From Octopus vulgaris (Eukaryota), in NCBI GenBank assembly GCA_951406725.2, contig OX597831.1, positions 14,818,001 to 14,882,000 of the forward strand: 64,000 nucleotides of DNA, read 5' to 3'. Below, piece by piece: positions 14,892 through 27,786 of this stretch. The notes beneath the pieces are model-generated. The model searched no databases. It was not told the origin of the DNA and saw only the letters and a list, made by a program, of their open reading frames with translations. Within the stretch, counting starts at the first letter, position 1; every line of letters begins with the position of its first letter. The translations under genes were made by a program, and so were the position numbers.

Positions 14892-15401
14892 CTAGCAGTA
14901 TCGCCCGGTGTTGCTCGGGTTTGTAAGGGAAATAACTATATAAGCATTTTTAGAGAGTTACTTCCCTTATAGATGCCAATTCGGGCTTTCTTAGCCATTT
15001 CTGTTTTGGTGTCTTCAAGCCATGAAGTCGTTGTTCTAAAAGAACGCTGGTCTCCTTGATAACGCTTTACGACGTTGATTTCCTTACACTCCCTTCCCCA
15101 CAGCTTCACGAGGGAGGGAAGAAGGGGAGAAGCAAACAGGTGCAGGTGTGACCATGGACGCCAACTCCGCCGCCATCGACACACGAAAAATTATGCATTA
15201 AAATGGAATAAAAAATGATGTTAAATTATTTTTAAAATCGTAGACTCATCGTAGACGCGCGCTAATACTCAGACGGGCTCGATATGAATCACGACTATAA
15301 GATACCCGAATGGTTAAACTGCACCGCAAAATGTGGGAGTAGTTAGGAATCTAAATCGAAGGGGACAGACACTCACACAACTACAGTTTTATATATATAG
15401 A
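14892..15401 (-). mobile_element. Non-autonomous Helitron (~510 bp), apparently complete
   Basis: Minus strand: A|TCTATATATATAAAACTGTAG...CCCGAGCAACACCGGG (hairpin)-CGATACTG-CTAG|T. It shows the canonical 5' TC, 3' CTAG, subterminal hairpin and A|T target. Its 5' ~200 bp are shared with 22585-22800. Confidence 0.88.
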
Positions 15402-16421
15402 TTATATTATATTAAACATTTTAATACTTTTTGGCTAGTTTTAAAAAAAAAGTTAAAAAATTTATAAATTTAAAATTTAAAAGATAACAATATAAAAATT
15501 TATAAATATAAATTAAAAAATTTTAAATTTTAATAATTAAAATTTTAAATTTTACATTTTATATATATTTTGTATATTATATTAATTATATTCATTTTTT
15601 TGTTTTTTATCTTTTGGTTTATGTCTATCACTGTTTGAGTTGCCTTATAGTGGTTTTATCTCTAATTTAATTTATATATATATATTTCATTTTTGGATTT
15701 GGTTTGCAAGAATCTTTATGTGAGATTGTGTGTTCTGTTTTGTGCCTTATTATTTAACACACTCATCGGTAAAATTTCCACTTATTTCTTTTTTTATTTT
15801 CCTAAAATGTTCGTTGCGTCTTGCAACCTTTTCAATAGTCTTGACTCTGTCCGTTATTTAAATAACGGACAGCGTCAAGACTATTGTAAAGGCCGTTGGT
15901 CGGCGCATTATATCAATGGTGAAACAATATACCAATTGGTGTTCAATAATACGGACTTGAGAGATAGTGGTATTGATAGAGAACGTGTTAATTGGAAGAT
16001 TAAGATTATGGTGACATATCAGTATAGAACGGATTGATAAGCCAATGGAGATACAGCAACAACAACAGCAACAACAACAACAAGCGGCAACAACAACGAG
16101 AGCAGCGAGACGATTGGTTCTTCTTCCATTCTCATAGATTATTTTTTCCTCCACTAAACGAAATTGAAATCTCAACATAAAGGACAATAATGACAGCAAT
16201 AGCAATTACAACAACGACCAGTGATGATGATGATGATGATGATGATGACGGCGGTGGGGCTTGGATGGCGAGGACGAAAACGAAGACGATGATGATGATG
16301 AAGATAATGGCAATGATAATGATAGTAATGATGATGATGATGATGATGATGATGAAGGCGACGGCTAAGATGGCAGTGAGGTTAGGGATGGTCACGGCGA
16401 CGTCAGCGGTGACGGTGAAGA

Positions 16422-16550
16422 CGATCGACCGCAAAATAGATGAAAGGCAAAGTCGAACCCGGCGACATTTGAACTGCGAACGCAAAGTCGGAAGAAATAT
16501 CGCTAGGCAGTTTTCTCGGTGCGGTAACGACTCCGCCAGCGCGCAGCCTT
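16422..16550 (-). mobile_element. SINE family A, diverged 5' half
   Basis: gatgaaaggcaaagtcgaacccggcgacatttgaactg...ccgccagcgcgcagcctt. Confidence 0.75.
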
Positions 16551-17339
16551 AGACAAGAGCGGATTATATTTTTGGCTTCGGGTATTTTGCTAGCATTATA
16601 TATTATATTTCCTGAAATTATAAAAGACTAAGTTGGGTTCAGTTGAAATTGAACTCAAAACGTTAACAAAGCGAGGAGGAAAAAATAAAATCATGTAAGT
16701 GCTTGGCGCCTCTATCAACCCTGTGAAACCAGCGATCTTGACAGATGATATAATATTAAACATATCGACTCAGACATTTTGGAATGGTTTCTTTTTCTGT
16801 GACGCTTTCGTAACAACAGAGGCCAGAAACTATCTTCGAATTTAACATAGAAATATATAGAAAATATATGACTTTGAAACCAGAAATTACAATATAGGCA
16901 ATCATTTGATGTATATTTTAATCTATACCCAAATACGATGGAGACTTCGGTAAAACCTCCATTGCTGCATGTGTGTTTATGTATATTATATATTTTATCT
17001 TGGTTCCAATATTCCTCTCATGATGTTTTCCCCCTAAACAAATGGATTGATGAACGATCTAAGCCGATGATAAATATGTAGTTTGTTGTGATATAATAGT
17101 GAGGTTATGTTGCGCTGGCACCAACGATGTGTCTGCGATTATTATGCAAATGAAACCCAAGTGGTATCAGAACCGGAGTACTTCATCATTCTTGTTTAAC
17201 GTTTAGGTTGTTGGTTCAGATTGATGAGAGAATCCTACGCAGATACGAACAAGAACGGATGTGTGTACGCGTGTGCATACGTATGCATAGAGGTTGGTAT
17301 GCATGTTTATATGTATGCGTGTGAGTATGCATATGGGTA

Positions 17340-17478
<139 letters not shown>

Positions 17479-17479
17479 A

Positions 17480-17521
<42 letters not shown>

Positions 17522-17561
17522 CCTACCTATCTATCTACCTATCTATCAATCTATCTATCTA

Positions 17562-17663
<102 letters not shown>

Positions 17664-18101
17664 CATACATAAACATACACACGAAGATATACACAGATAC
17701 ACTCAGACGCATACACTCACACATACACGGACATACACATTAATCAAACATACATACATGCACGCACTCACACACACACATATATATGCACGGGTATTCG
17801 CGTATGCATCCGTACATACATATAAAAAGATAGATATCTGTCTGTCTATCTGTCTCTCTCGCTATATATCGGTAAGTGTAACTATCTATCAATACGTTCG
17901 TACACACGCATAATTACACACGCCTCCCCACACAAAGTCATACAAACACACACATACACATGCATATCATATGTATATTCGTATACACGCATACATGAGC
18001 ACAAACCAACATATATGTGTATTTGTGAATGTACATTTATAAATATACATGCGTTTGTGTATGTGCGCGTATATGTGACTGCGTGTGTGAGAGAGTGAGT
18101 G

Positions 18102-18162
<61 letters not shown>

Positions 18163-18280
18163 CAGAGGTAGACAGACAGATAAAACGTGAATGAATGTGT
18201 TTTAAACAAGGAATTGGTCATGTCAAGTGGGCGTTATATCAAATACTTTGCAATATTGATTCCGTTTCCTGAAAAAATAC

Positions 18281-18510
18281 TTATTTATTTAATGCCCACA
18301 AGGGGCTAAACATAGAGGGGACAAACAAGGACAGACATAGGTATTAAGTCGATTAAATCGACCCCAGTGCATAACTGGTACTTAATTTATCGACCCCGAA
18401 AGGATGAAAGGCAAAGTCGACCTCGGCGGAATTTGAACTCACAACGTGACGGCAGACGAAATACTGCTACGCATTTCGCCCGGCGTGCTAACGTTTCTGC
18501 CAGATCGCCA
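18281..18510 (-). mobile_element. SINE family A monomer
   Basis: Near-identical to the units at 21230-21650 (gcccacaaggggctaaacatagaggggacaaac...gtcgacctcggcggaatttgaactc). Confidence 0.9.
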
Positions 18511-18809
18511 AATGCTAGCGTCACATTGGTGTCCATTCTTCTTGCATGGTGTGTTAAGTCTGTTAAAGAAACTGGCTGTGGTCAGATCTACTATCTGCCA
18601 TGTTTAAAAATACACGAAGCAAACTGTGTTTTGATGGCAGCCCTGCAACGGCTCTAACAAGTGCTGAGAGAAATCAGAACCAAAATGTCGGCCTTCATAC
18701 CAGAATGTCCGCAAGACCTCAATATGTCCAAGGGAGGATTGTAACATTAAATCAGATGCAGAGGGACCAAGGCAAAGCGATTATGGATGTAGAGTGAAAG
18801 CAATAATGT

Positions 18810-19160
18810 TATTAGTTGGTCCGTCTTTGCCCGATGACCAGGGACATCACATGCGAGACGACAGGGCGTGGTGTGCCTGGCTGAGGCCAATCAGATTGGT
18901 GTGTGCCCGGAAAGCTCTGCTGTGACCGAAGGTATGGATGTGGCTCTCGACTTGCATGGTTCACGTTTTCTCTGGACTCCTGCAATCTTGTTCGTAGGAG
19001 GTAGCACATCTGTCGGTGCAGCATCGCGAGGCAGGGTGGACTTGCGCTTTCCTTTCCCAAGTGTCAAGCTCGATATCAAATCTATTCAGTGGTGAGCCTT
19101 TTGAATGTATCCTTGAAGTTCTTTTTCTGTCCACATCGCGTCTTCTTGTCTTCTTCTTGT
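18810..19160 (-). pseudogene. RTE-clade LINE 3' end remnant
   Basis: Minus strand gives CGQKKNFKDTFK/..RFDIELDTWERKAQ..SYEQ..RKREPCKSRA..RAFRAH..IGLSQ, followed by a 3' UTR ggtcatcgggcaaagacggaccaac. This fits the RTE/BovB-type C-terminus GGQxKRFKDTLK...WE...RxFRARIGLxSH. Confidence 0.78.
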
Positions 19161-19858
19161 ACTCCTCCAGTACGTTTCCGACCTCGTCTAGAGAATTCAT
19201 ATTTGTTTCCGTCCAACGGATATTGAAGACTGCGGATGATTAGATGGGGGATTGTCCGGAAAATATGGTGAGTGGGGCATCGTTTTCCATTCAAACTGCT
19301 CCAGCCTTTGGAATGTCATCCTTGCTGTATGTGGCCGAGAATTATCCTGATGAAAGAACACCTTTCGTTTTGAAACGGAAGATGGTCGTTTTCCGATGTC
19401 AGGGAGATGTCGATGAATAGGTGGATAACCAAATCCATTGCTTCTCTGCTAGTTTCTCAACAGTTATGATGGGATTTTGTTCAACCAGGGTTTCCAGGCC
19501 GTTGTCGTCGAGCTCTACAAATCTTCCAGGACAAGGCTTGTCTTCTAGGCTATAGTTTCCGGTTAAACGCTTATTGTCCGATCCGCATATACTGCATTAA
19601 TATTCCGTTGCGTTGTCGCTTATATTGAACTCATAAAGCGAAATATGCTGTATACACTCCTTTGTCACTTTCGTTATAGCTTTGAAAAGACAGCTGTTAA
19701 AATCGAAATGCATCCTTCAAAACTTGCACTAAAAAGAGGCACCAGGTAAGATTAGTATCTGATTTTATAGCAAGTTGATGAAGGTAGTTTATCCCGTCCC
19801 CCTCCACTTTTACTTCACATATTTGAAAAGACTGCATTATTTATGAGATGACCCAATA
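19160..19858 (-). mobile_element. Internally deleted mariner transposon with left TIR and decayed transposase
   Basis: TIR tattgggtcatctcataaataatgcag next to TA. N-terminal VTKECIQHISLYEFN..GNYSLEDKPCPGR..LVEQNP..TVEKLAEK. Catalytic region KVFFHQDNSRPHTARMT..LEQFEWKTMPHSPYFPDNPPS resembles HDNARPH / HPPYSPDLAPSD. Confidence 0.88.
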
Positions 19859-19886
19859 TAGAGGTGATCTCTCACTCTTTCTCTCT

Positions 19887-19987
<101 letters not shown>

Positions 19988-20055
19988 TCTATATAGATAT
20001 ATATATACACAAATATATATATATATATAAATATATATACAAATATATATATATA

Positions 20056-20193
<138 letters not shown>

Positions 20194-20704
20194 TGGATAT
20201 AGCTAATTTATTTTCCGTTTTCCTACTAAATTCAAATTCTACCACAGACAACTTTACTTATCCTCCTTCCAGTGAAGTACTGACACAAATAGTACTGAAT
20301 ACTCTACATTCTCTCAAAATTCTCGGCTTAGTACTAAATCATAGACAATTAATATCCTTATCATTCTTCATTACAATTTATCCTGCATTTTATTCTTAAA
20401 TAACAAAAAGAAAACATTGAAGACGAATCGTTCTCCAAAACAAGATGAATGAGTTTCCTCTGTTTCCTTTCACCTCACGGACGAACATGTATTCCTCTTC
20501 TCACACACTATTCTCGTACATACACACGTACGCACACAGAACCCCCTCCACATACACATACAAACACACAGGTATTTACATAAATGCGTACAGATAGATT
20601 ATACATACGTCCATACAATTATATAGACTTATTACCGTATATATATATAATACACGCACATAATACATACTAACATACATACATGTGTATATACATACTA
20701 ACAT

Positions 20705-20745
<41 letters not shown>

Positions 20746-20814
20746 GAATATGTATATATGAGTGTGAATATGTGAACAAACATCTTATACACAAGTGAGT
20801 TTATGGACACTTAG

Positions 20815-21735
20815 AAAAATTTCATTCTAATTTCTTTCTTGGTAATAAATTGGTCTACAAGAGTATCATTACTTATCTTCTTCCAAACGGTTTATCACTG
20901 GCACCATTCCAAAGTAAACCCACACTCAATAAAAAACAACAACAAACAAGTAAATAAAGGTAGTACCAATTCCCATTTCGAGAGGAATATAAGACACTAC
21001 GCAAAATAACAACGTATTCCTTTTCTCATAAAGACACAATGCCCGAAATTTCGGGGGACAGGGTCAATCAATTAGATCGACCACAGTACACAAATGGTAG
21101 TTAATTTATCGATCCCGAAAGGATGAAAGGCAAAGTCGACCTCGGCGGAATTTGAACGTAGCGGCAGACAAAATACCACTAAGCATTTCGCCCGGCGTGC
21201 TAACGGTTCTGCCAGCTCTCCGCCTTTTCTATATATTTCTTTACTGCCCACAAGGGGCTAAACATAGAGAGGACAAACAAGGACAGACAAAGGGTTTAAG
21301 TCGATTACATCGACCCCAGTGCGTAACTGGTACTTTATTTCTCGACCCCGAAAGGATGAAAGGCAAAGTCGACCTCAGCGGAATCTGAACTCAGAACGTA
21401 ACGACAGACGAAACACCTATTTCTTTACTACCCACAAGGGGCTAAACAGAGAGGGGACAAACAAGGACAGGCAAACGGATTAATCAATTAAATCGACCCC
21501 AGTGCGTAACTGGTACTTAATTTATCGGTTCCGAAAACATGAAAGGCAAAGTCGACCTCGGCGGAATTTGAACTCCGAACGTAACGGCAGATGAAATACA
21601 GCTACGAATTTCACCCGACGTGCTAAAGTTTCTGTCAGCTCGCCGCCTTATAATAACAAGATATTTCATGATCTAGAATGTTTCAAGTACATAATATTTT
21701 GAACGGATCTATTAAATGTTTAAAATATCCATTAT
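20815..21735 (+). repeat. Copy 1 of a ~280-bp local duplication (interrupted by a SINE multimer); copy 2 at 26575-26855
   Basis: Shared blocks tttctttcttggtaataaattggtctacaaga, ttcttccaaacggtttatca, cccacactcaataaaaaa, tcgagaggaatat, aatgtttcaagtacataatatttt. Confidence 0.9.
21021..21650 (-). mobile_element. SINE family A tandem multimer with probable ~16-bp target-site duplication
   Basis: Three body repeats (atgaaaggcaaagtcgacct at ~21123, 21356, 21539) and two heads. Flanks are aataacaacgtattcc (21005-21020) and aataacaagatatttc (21652-21667). Confidence 0.88.
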
Positions 21736-22236
21736 ATATATATATATATATATATCTTATTATAAAAGGCAGATTTTATCTGCCTCCCTTTGTATCTTAT
21801 AGAAATCTATAATATAGGATTTCTTCAATTACAATTTACCTAGCATTTTTAAGAGTAGAATGCATCGGGTCGTGCCAGGTCCAGTTTTTAAAATTTCAAC
21901 CCCAATTAAGCAAAATTTAGAGAAAACTCACATTGTGGTGTATAAGTCAAATGCTTTTCTTAGTGTGGCTTACACCACACGCACACACGCACACACACAG
22001 TGTGCAACGAATAAAGTGAAAGTAATTCACTTTTTGTAGTGAGTGACTCTTTCACTCTGCCACTTCCTCTTTACACACATAGACACGCAAATATATAAAT
22101 AAAATTGTAAGCTAACGTGTGTGTGTGTGTGTGTGTGTGCGTGTGTGTGAGTGTGTGTGTGTGTGCGTGTGTGTGTGTGTGTGTGTCAGGGTGCGTGTGT
22201 GTGTGTGTGTGTGTGTGTGCGTGAGTGTGTGACAGG

Positions 22237-22583
22237 AAAGTTTTTTAGGACGAATATAAGACCTATATCCAAGTAGCAGAAAGATCACCCAAAAGTGTAT
22301 ATAGATATTTAAATGTATTTATATATTCATCTATACACAGATGTATGTATAATATGTGTGTATATATTTCCATAGAGGTAACCATTCACTCCATACAAAG
22401 TTTTTTAGGACGAAAATAAGATCTAAAGTTATCTCTAAGAAACAGAAAGATCGCCCAAAAGTGTATATAGATATTTAAATGTATTTATATATTCATCTAT
22501 ACACACATGTATGTGTAATGTGCGTGTATATATTTCCATAGAGGTAACCATTCAATCCATACAAAGTTTTTTAGGAAGAAAAT
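22237..22583 (+). repeat. ~160-166 bp tandem duplication (2 copies plus a partial third)
   Basis: aaagttttttagga recurs at 22237, 22397 and 22563 with conserved downstream sequence. Confidence 0.92.
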
Positions 22584-22814
22584 ATTTATATATAAAAGAA
22601 AGGTTGTGTGTCTGTCTACTCCGATTTAGATTCCTAACTACTCCCACATTTTGCGATGCAGTTTAACCAAAACCGGGTATCTTATAGTCGTGATTCATAT
22701 CGAGCCCTTCTGGGTATTAGCGCGCGTGTACGATGAGTCTATGATTTTACAAATAATTTACCATCATTTTTTTCCATTTTAATGCATATTTTTTTAAATA
22801 AACGGAAGTAACTC

Positions 22815-23330
22815 TCAAACTTCACACCAATATGCGTGCTCATATGCGACGTAATATCACATCAGCAGCATTTCCTCACACCCTCCTTGCACTTGGCGAA
22901 GGCAAAATACCAGGGGATGAAAATGGTAATCTTGCTATCGATTCCGTTTGTACCATTGTTAAGACGCCTTCTGATCTCAGAGATGCAGTGTTCCCAGATC
23001 TACAAGCTAATTATCAGAATATGGATTGGATTGGCAAAAAAGGCTATACTGGCCCCGAGGAATAAAACTGTTCACCATATTAATGATGAAATGCTAAAAC
23101 TCATTCCTGGGGAAGTCTATGTATATCAGTCTATCGATACAACTCCTGACCCAGAGGACGTCATCAACTATCCAATAGAGGTACTCAATTCCTTTGAGCA
23201 CCCCGGACTACCACCACACTTTCTCAAACTTAAAGTTGGTGCCCCTATAATGCTCATCAGAAATTTAATTCCCCCAAAACAATGCAATGGCACACGTTTG
23301 ATCGTTAAGTCCTCATCTCCCACCGTAAAC
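22815..23330 (+). pseudogene. Helitron RepHel PIF1-like (SF1) helicase fragment, frameshifted
   Basis: KLHTNMRAH..FPHTLLALGEGK..VFPDLQANYQNMDWI / KAILAPRNKTVHHINDEMLKLIPGEVYVYQSIDT..YPIEVLNSFEHPGLPPHFLKLKVGAPIMLIRNLIPPKQCNGTRLIV are classical Helitron helicase motifs. Confidence 0.93.
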
Positions 23331-23429
23331 TTATATCAATATTTGCCTGAATAATCATCATAATTCAGTGCAATCATTAACAGTACTTTCAAGCAATTCA
23401 GCCCCGAGCAACGCCGGGCAATTCTGCCA

Positions 23430-23479
<50 letters not shown>

Positions 23480-23490
23480 TATATAGAAGG

Positions 23491-23541
23491 AGCTTCTACA
23501 GGACTAGTACTGTTTCATTCAAGAGAAATCTTCAGGAAGCT
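23491..23541 (-). ncRNA. Type I hammerhead ribozyme motif
   Basis: Minus strand: AGCUUC-CUGAAGA-uuucucuugaau-GAAA-CAGuacuagucCUG-UA|GAAGCU. Helix I is a perfect 6 bp and helix III is 4 bp with a near-palindromic loop; cleavage triplet GUA. Helix II has 3 bp with a U.U closing mismatch. Confidence 0.72.
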
Positions 23542-23689
23542 ATTTAACAAGAATTGTATTAGCATTTATACATTTAGGCAGGTTTAAAGGAGTGGTGGTG
23601 GGGGACTTTTTGGGGGTAGGCATAGCGCAAAATATCATACTCGGGGGAGTGGTCAAGGAGTCAGTGGTAAGTTAGATGAAAGAATAGAT

Positions 23690-23872
23690 AAATAAAAAAA
23701 ATAGATAAATAAAAAAAATAAAAAAATAAAAAATAAAAAATAAAAAAATAAAAAAATAAAATAAAATAAAAAAATAAAAAAATAAAAAATATAAAAAAAT
23801 ATATATAAAAAATATATATATAAATATATATATATATATAAAAAAAATATAAAAAAAATATATATATAAAAA
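23690..23872. repeat. (A4-7 T)n low-complexity tract
   Basis: Seen directly. Confidence 0.9.
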
Positions 23873-23978
23873 GGGGGGATAGAGTTATAGGTAAATAAGG
23901 AGATTCTCACTTATACCTATACACACATGTATACGTATCTACACACACATACATACATACACATATATATACACACAC

Positions 23979-24031
<53 letters not shown>

Positions 24032-24504
24032 CCTACACATACACACATACATACATACAAATATACATATACATATATATATATATATATACAATCCAAT
24101 ACAGGCCCATTCCCTAATTTTAATTTTATTATCTTCATTTATTACTTTTGTTATCTTTGATCGCTAGGGCTAAGAATCCTGGCAATGGCTGCCTGTCCAT
24201 TTGTCTGTCTACTAGAAGGCAAGTACTCATTCCCGCACGCACACTCATTAGCACGTACATTCACCCATTCGTACACTCATACACATACACGTACGCACGC
24301 GTTATATTCATACATACAAACATCTACATACGTTCACGTATATACACATACGTACTCGTACCTACAGATTCGTGTCTACACTTTAGGAGGCTAGTCTATA
24401 CATATACACCAATAAATATACATATATAAATATATATATATATATATATACCCGCATATACATACACACACACACATATATATACTCCTACATACAGATA
24501 CATA

Positions 24505-24556
<52 letters not shown>

Positions 24557-24744
24557 CACATACATACACATACACACATACATATACACACACATACATA
24601 CACATATATATATACATACACAAACATATATACACACATATATATATACATACACACATACACACATACATACGTATACATACATACATACATCCATACA
24701 TCCATACTTACATGCATTTATACGCATACACACACCCATCTATA

Positions 24745-24776
<32 letters not shown>

Positions 24777-25058
24777 CACACTCACACATACATATACAAA
24801 TCTACGCACACACATACATACATACACGTATACGCATACAGGCACATACACATATACATGCGTACCCATACACGTGCACACACGCACGCGCATCCATATA
24901 TATACACACACACACATATATATACACGTGTGCAAACATACATACATACTCATACGCGCACACATACTTACAAATACATATATGCACCCACTTACACACA
25001 TATATATACATACACATATACATGCATACATACACATATGCATACATACACACACGCA

Positions 25059-25110
<52 letters not shown>

Positions 25111-25419
25111 TATACATACATAGACATATATACACATACATACACATACACATACATACACACATATACACACATATATATATATACACACATATACACA
25201 TACATATATACACATATACATACATATACATACACACACACATACATATATACATATACACTGATACACATACCCATACATACACATGCATATACTTATA
25301 TCACTACATACTCACATATATAAACATATATACATATACACACATACATATATACATGTACATACACATGTATATTTATATATATATATATATATATATA
25401 CATATATATACACACATAT

Positions 25420-25470
<51 letters not shown>

Positions 25471-25472
<2 letters not shown>

Positions 25473-25887
25473 AGCAGGAGTGGCTGTGTGGTAAATAGCT
25501 TGCTAACCAACCACATGGCTCCGGGTTCAGTCCCACTGCGTGGCATCTTAGGCAAGTATCTTCTGCTATAGTCCCGGGCCGCCCAATGCCTTGTGAGTGG
25601 ATTTGGTAGACGGAAACTGAAAGAAGCCTGTCGTATATATGTATGTATATATATATATATGTATGTGTGTGTTTGTGTGTCTGTGTTTGTCCCCCTAGCA
25701 TTGCTTGACAACCGATGCTGGTGTGTTTACGTCCCCGTCACTTAGCGGTTCGTCAAAAGAGACCGATAGAATAAATACTGGGCTTACAAAGAATAAGTCC
25801 TGGGGTCGATTTGATCGACTAAAGGCGGTGCTCCAGTATGGCCGCTGTCAAATGACTGAAACAAGTAAAAGAGTAAAAGAGTAAAAG
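25471..25887 (+). mobile_element. tRNA-derived SINE family B (CORE-like; OR2-like, tentative name), full length
   Basis: A box gtggctgtgtggt, B box gggttcagtccc, CORE-like gtggcatcttaggcaagt, internal (AT)/(GT) tract and (gtaaaaga)n tail. Confidence 0.92.
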
Positions 25888-25902
25888 TGTATATATATAT
25901 AA

Positions 25903-26297
25903 TCTTTTACTTCTTTCAGTAATTTGACTGTAGCCATACTGGAGTACAACCTTTAGTCGAGCAAATCGACCCCAGGCCTTATCCTTTGTAAGCTTAGTAC
26001 TTATTCAATCGGGTTTATTTGCCGAACCGCTAAGTTACGGGGACGTAAACACACAAGCATCAGTTGTCAAGCGACGTTGGGGGCACAAACACAGACACAC
26101 AAACACACATATATATTTTATATATACATATATACGACGGGCTTCTTTCAGTTTTATTTACCAAATCCACTCACAAGGCTTTGGTCGGCCCGAGGCTATA
26201 GTAGAAGATACTTGGCCAAGGAGCCACGTAGTGAGACTGAACCGGAACCATGTGGTTGGTAAGCAAGCTACTTACCACACAGCCATCCCTACGCCTA
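25903..26297 (-). mobile_element. SINE family B, full length, inverted relative to its neighbour
   Basis: Reverse complement of the family B structure, from tcttttacttctttcagt to cttaccacacagccatccctacgcc. Confidence 0.92.
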
Positions 26298-26319
26298 TAT
26301 TTACATACATACACATACA

Positions 26320-26375
<56 letters not shown>

Positions 26376-26574
26376 GTGCTGAAAGGGTAGAAAGATAGGA
26401 TGTTTTTAATGTAGCACTCACACCAACGATTGTATATTATAAAATATTATCGTGATCATATTTATTCATACACACACACTCACACACTCACACACACATA
26501 CACACACACATATATATGTATATATATATATACATAGATTATATACACACGTAAGCTAATAATCACTAAGAAGA

Positions 26575-26855
26575 ATTCGTTCTCATTTCTTTCTTGGTAA
26601 TAAATTGGTCTACAAGAACATAATTAGTTATTTTCTTCCAAACGGTTTATCATTGGCAACATTCCAAAATACACCCACACTCAATAAAAAAATATAGAAA
26701 CTATAAACAAACAGCTAAATAAGGATAATACCAATTCCCTGTTCGAGAGGAATATCAGACGTTGGGCAAAATAACACTGTATTCCATGATCTAAAATGTT
26801 TCAAGTACATAATATTTTGAAATGGCCTATTAAATGGTTTAAAATCCATTATTTA
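26575..26855 (+). repeat. Copy 2 (uninterrupted) of the ~280-bp local duplication
   Basis: Colinear with 20815-21020 joined to 21668-21735. Confidence 0.9.
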
Positions 26856-27058
26856 AGTTCTTTTTAAATGCCAAGACCTATAATAAAATGTATGTTTTAT
26901 TATCGAGTTTCTTGTGAACAGGCTTTTCTTTGGCTTCGCAACATCGAGAATATAAATAATTCTATGACCGCCACTGACATCTATTAAACGTATATATATA
27001 TACATTAAACGTATGCGCATACACACATACATTAAACAGGTGCATATACACATATACC

Positions 27059-27106
<48 letters not shown>

Positions 27107-27786
27107 TGTGCAAAACCCATGTGTCAGAACGGTAAAACCATTGTGGAAGTTTTGCGATAGGTAAAATATAATCCAAATAAGACGAAACAAGAATTTAACA
27201 AGTCTTTGATGATCAGTTGCGGTGCCAAATATGTTTTCAACGCCTGTTCACGCAATATAAACGGGTGGAACATTTTATACGATATTTGCGGTTTTAAACA
27301 TTACGGTGGCATTCCTGCAGACCAGCATCAAATATGCACTCTAACATTTTTACCTATATCGTTTTGCCAATATCGGTGAACCTATATGGCTATACTATCG
27401 ACATAAGCAAAATCAAATGGCTGCCAAAATAAGCAAAGCACAATATCAGGCTAAGAGTGCAACTTTGATACAAGTTGGAAGAGAAGTGCCATCTTTTTTT
27501 GTGGTCGATAAAATAAAATACCAGATGAGTGCTAGGGTGGATGCAATCTATTAGCATCTATTCAACGTCCTGATTTTCATATTTTTCATCGTTATTTGAG
27601 GAAAAGAAAGAGTACGAAACGTCGTTCCCGTTTCCATTCCTCTGAGCTTCAAATTAGGAATTTTCATCGTGAACCTATTCCATTTCGCTTTCTTTCTTCT
27701 CACACTCATCTATCTATATTTGTATGTATGTATGTATGTATGTATGTATGTATGTATGTATGTATGTATGTATGTATGTATGTATG

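Larger units (their letters stand above)
21755..23430 (+). mobile_element. Composite Helitron (5' TC, internal microsatellite, internal tandem duplication, second 5'-like end, helicase fragment, 3' hairpin)
   Basis: Starts A|TCTTATTATAAAAGGCAG. The second end tatatataaaag..gttgtgtgtctgtc..cgatttagattcctaactactcccacattttgc at ~22585 is shared with the 14892-15401 element. It ends cccgagcaacgccggg-caattctg-CCAG|T. The 22585-23430 part is firm; extension to 21755 is inference. Confidence 0.72.

Noticed and set aside
17162-17173. tggtatcaga resembling a tRNA-iMet primer-binding site
   Set aside because: Match is only 10 nt, with no preceding LTR end or gag/pol sequence.
25471-25545. tRNA gene-like A/B boxes at SINE heads
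   Set aside because: They continue into SINE bodies and do not form complete cloverleaves; annotated as SINEs.
24391-25711. Long ORFs (up to 273 aa) rich in Y/I/H/T/V/C/M, here and across the window
   Set aside because: They are translations of (AT)n/(AC)n/(ATAC)n/(ATCT)n microsatellites, open on both strands; not genes.
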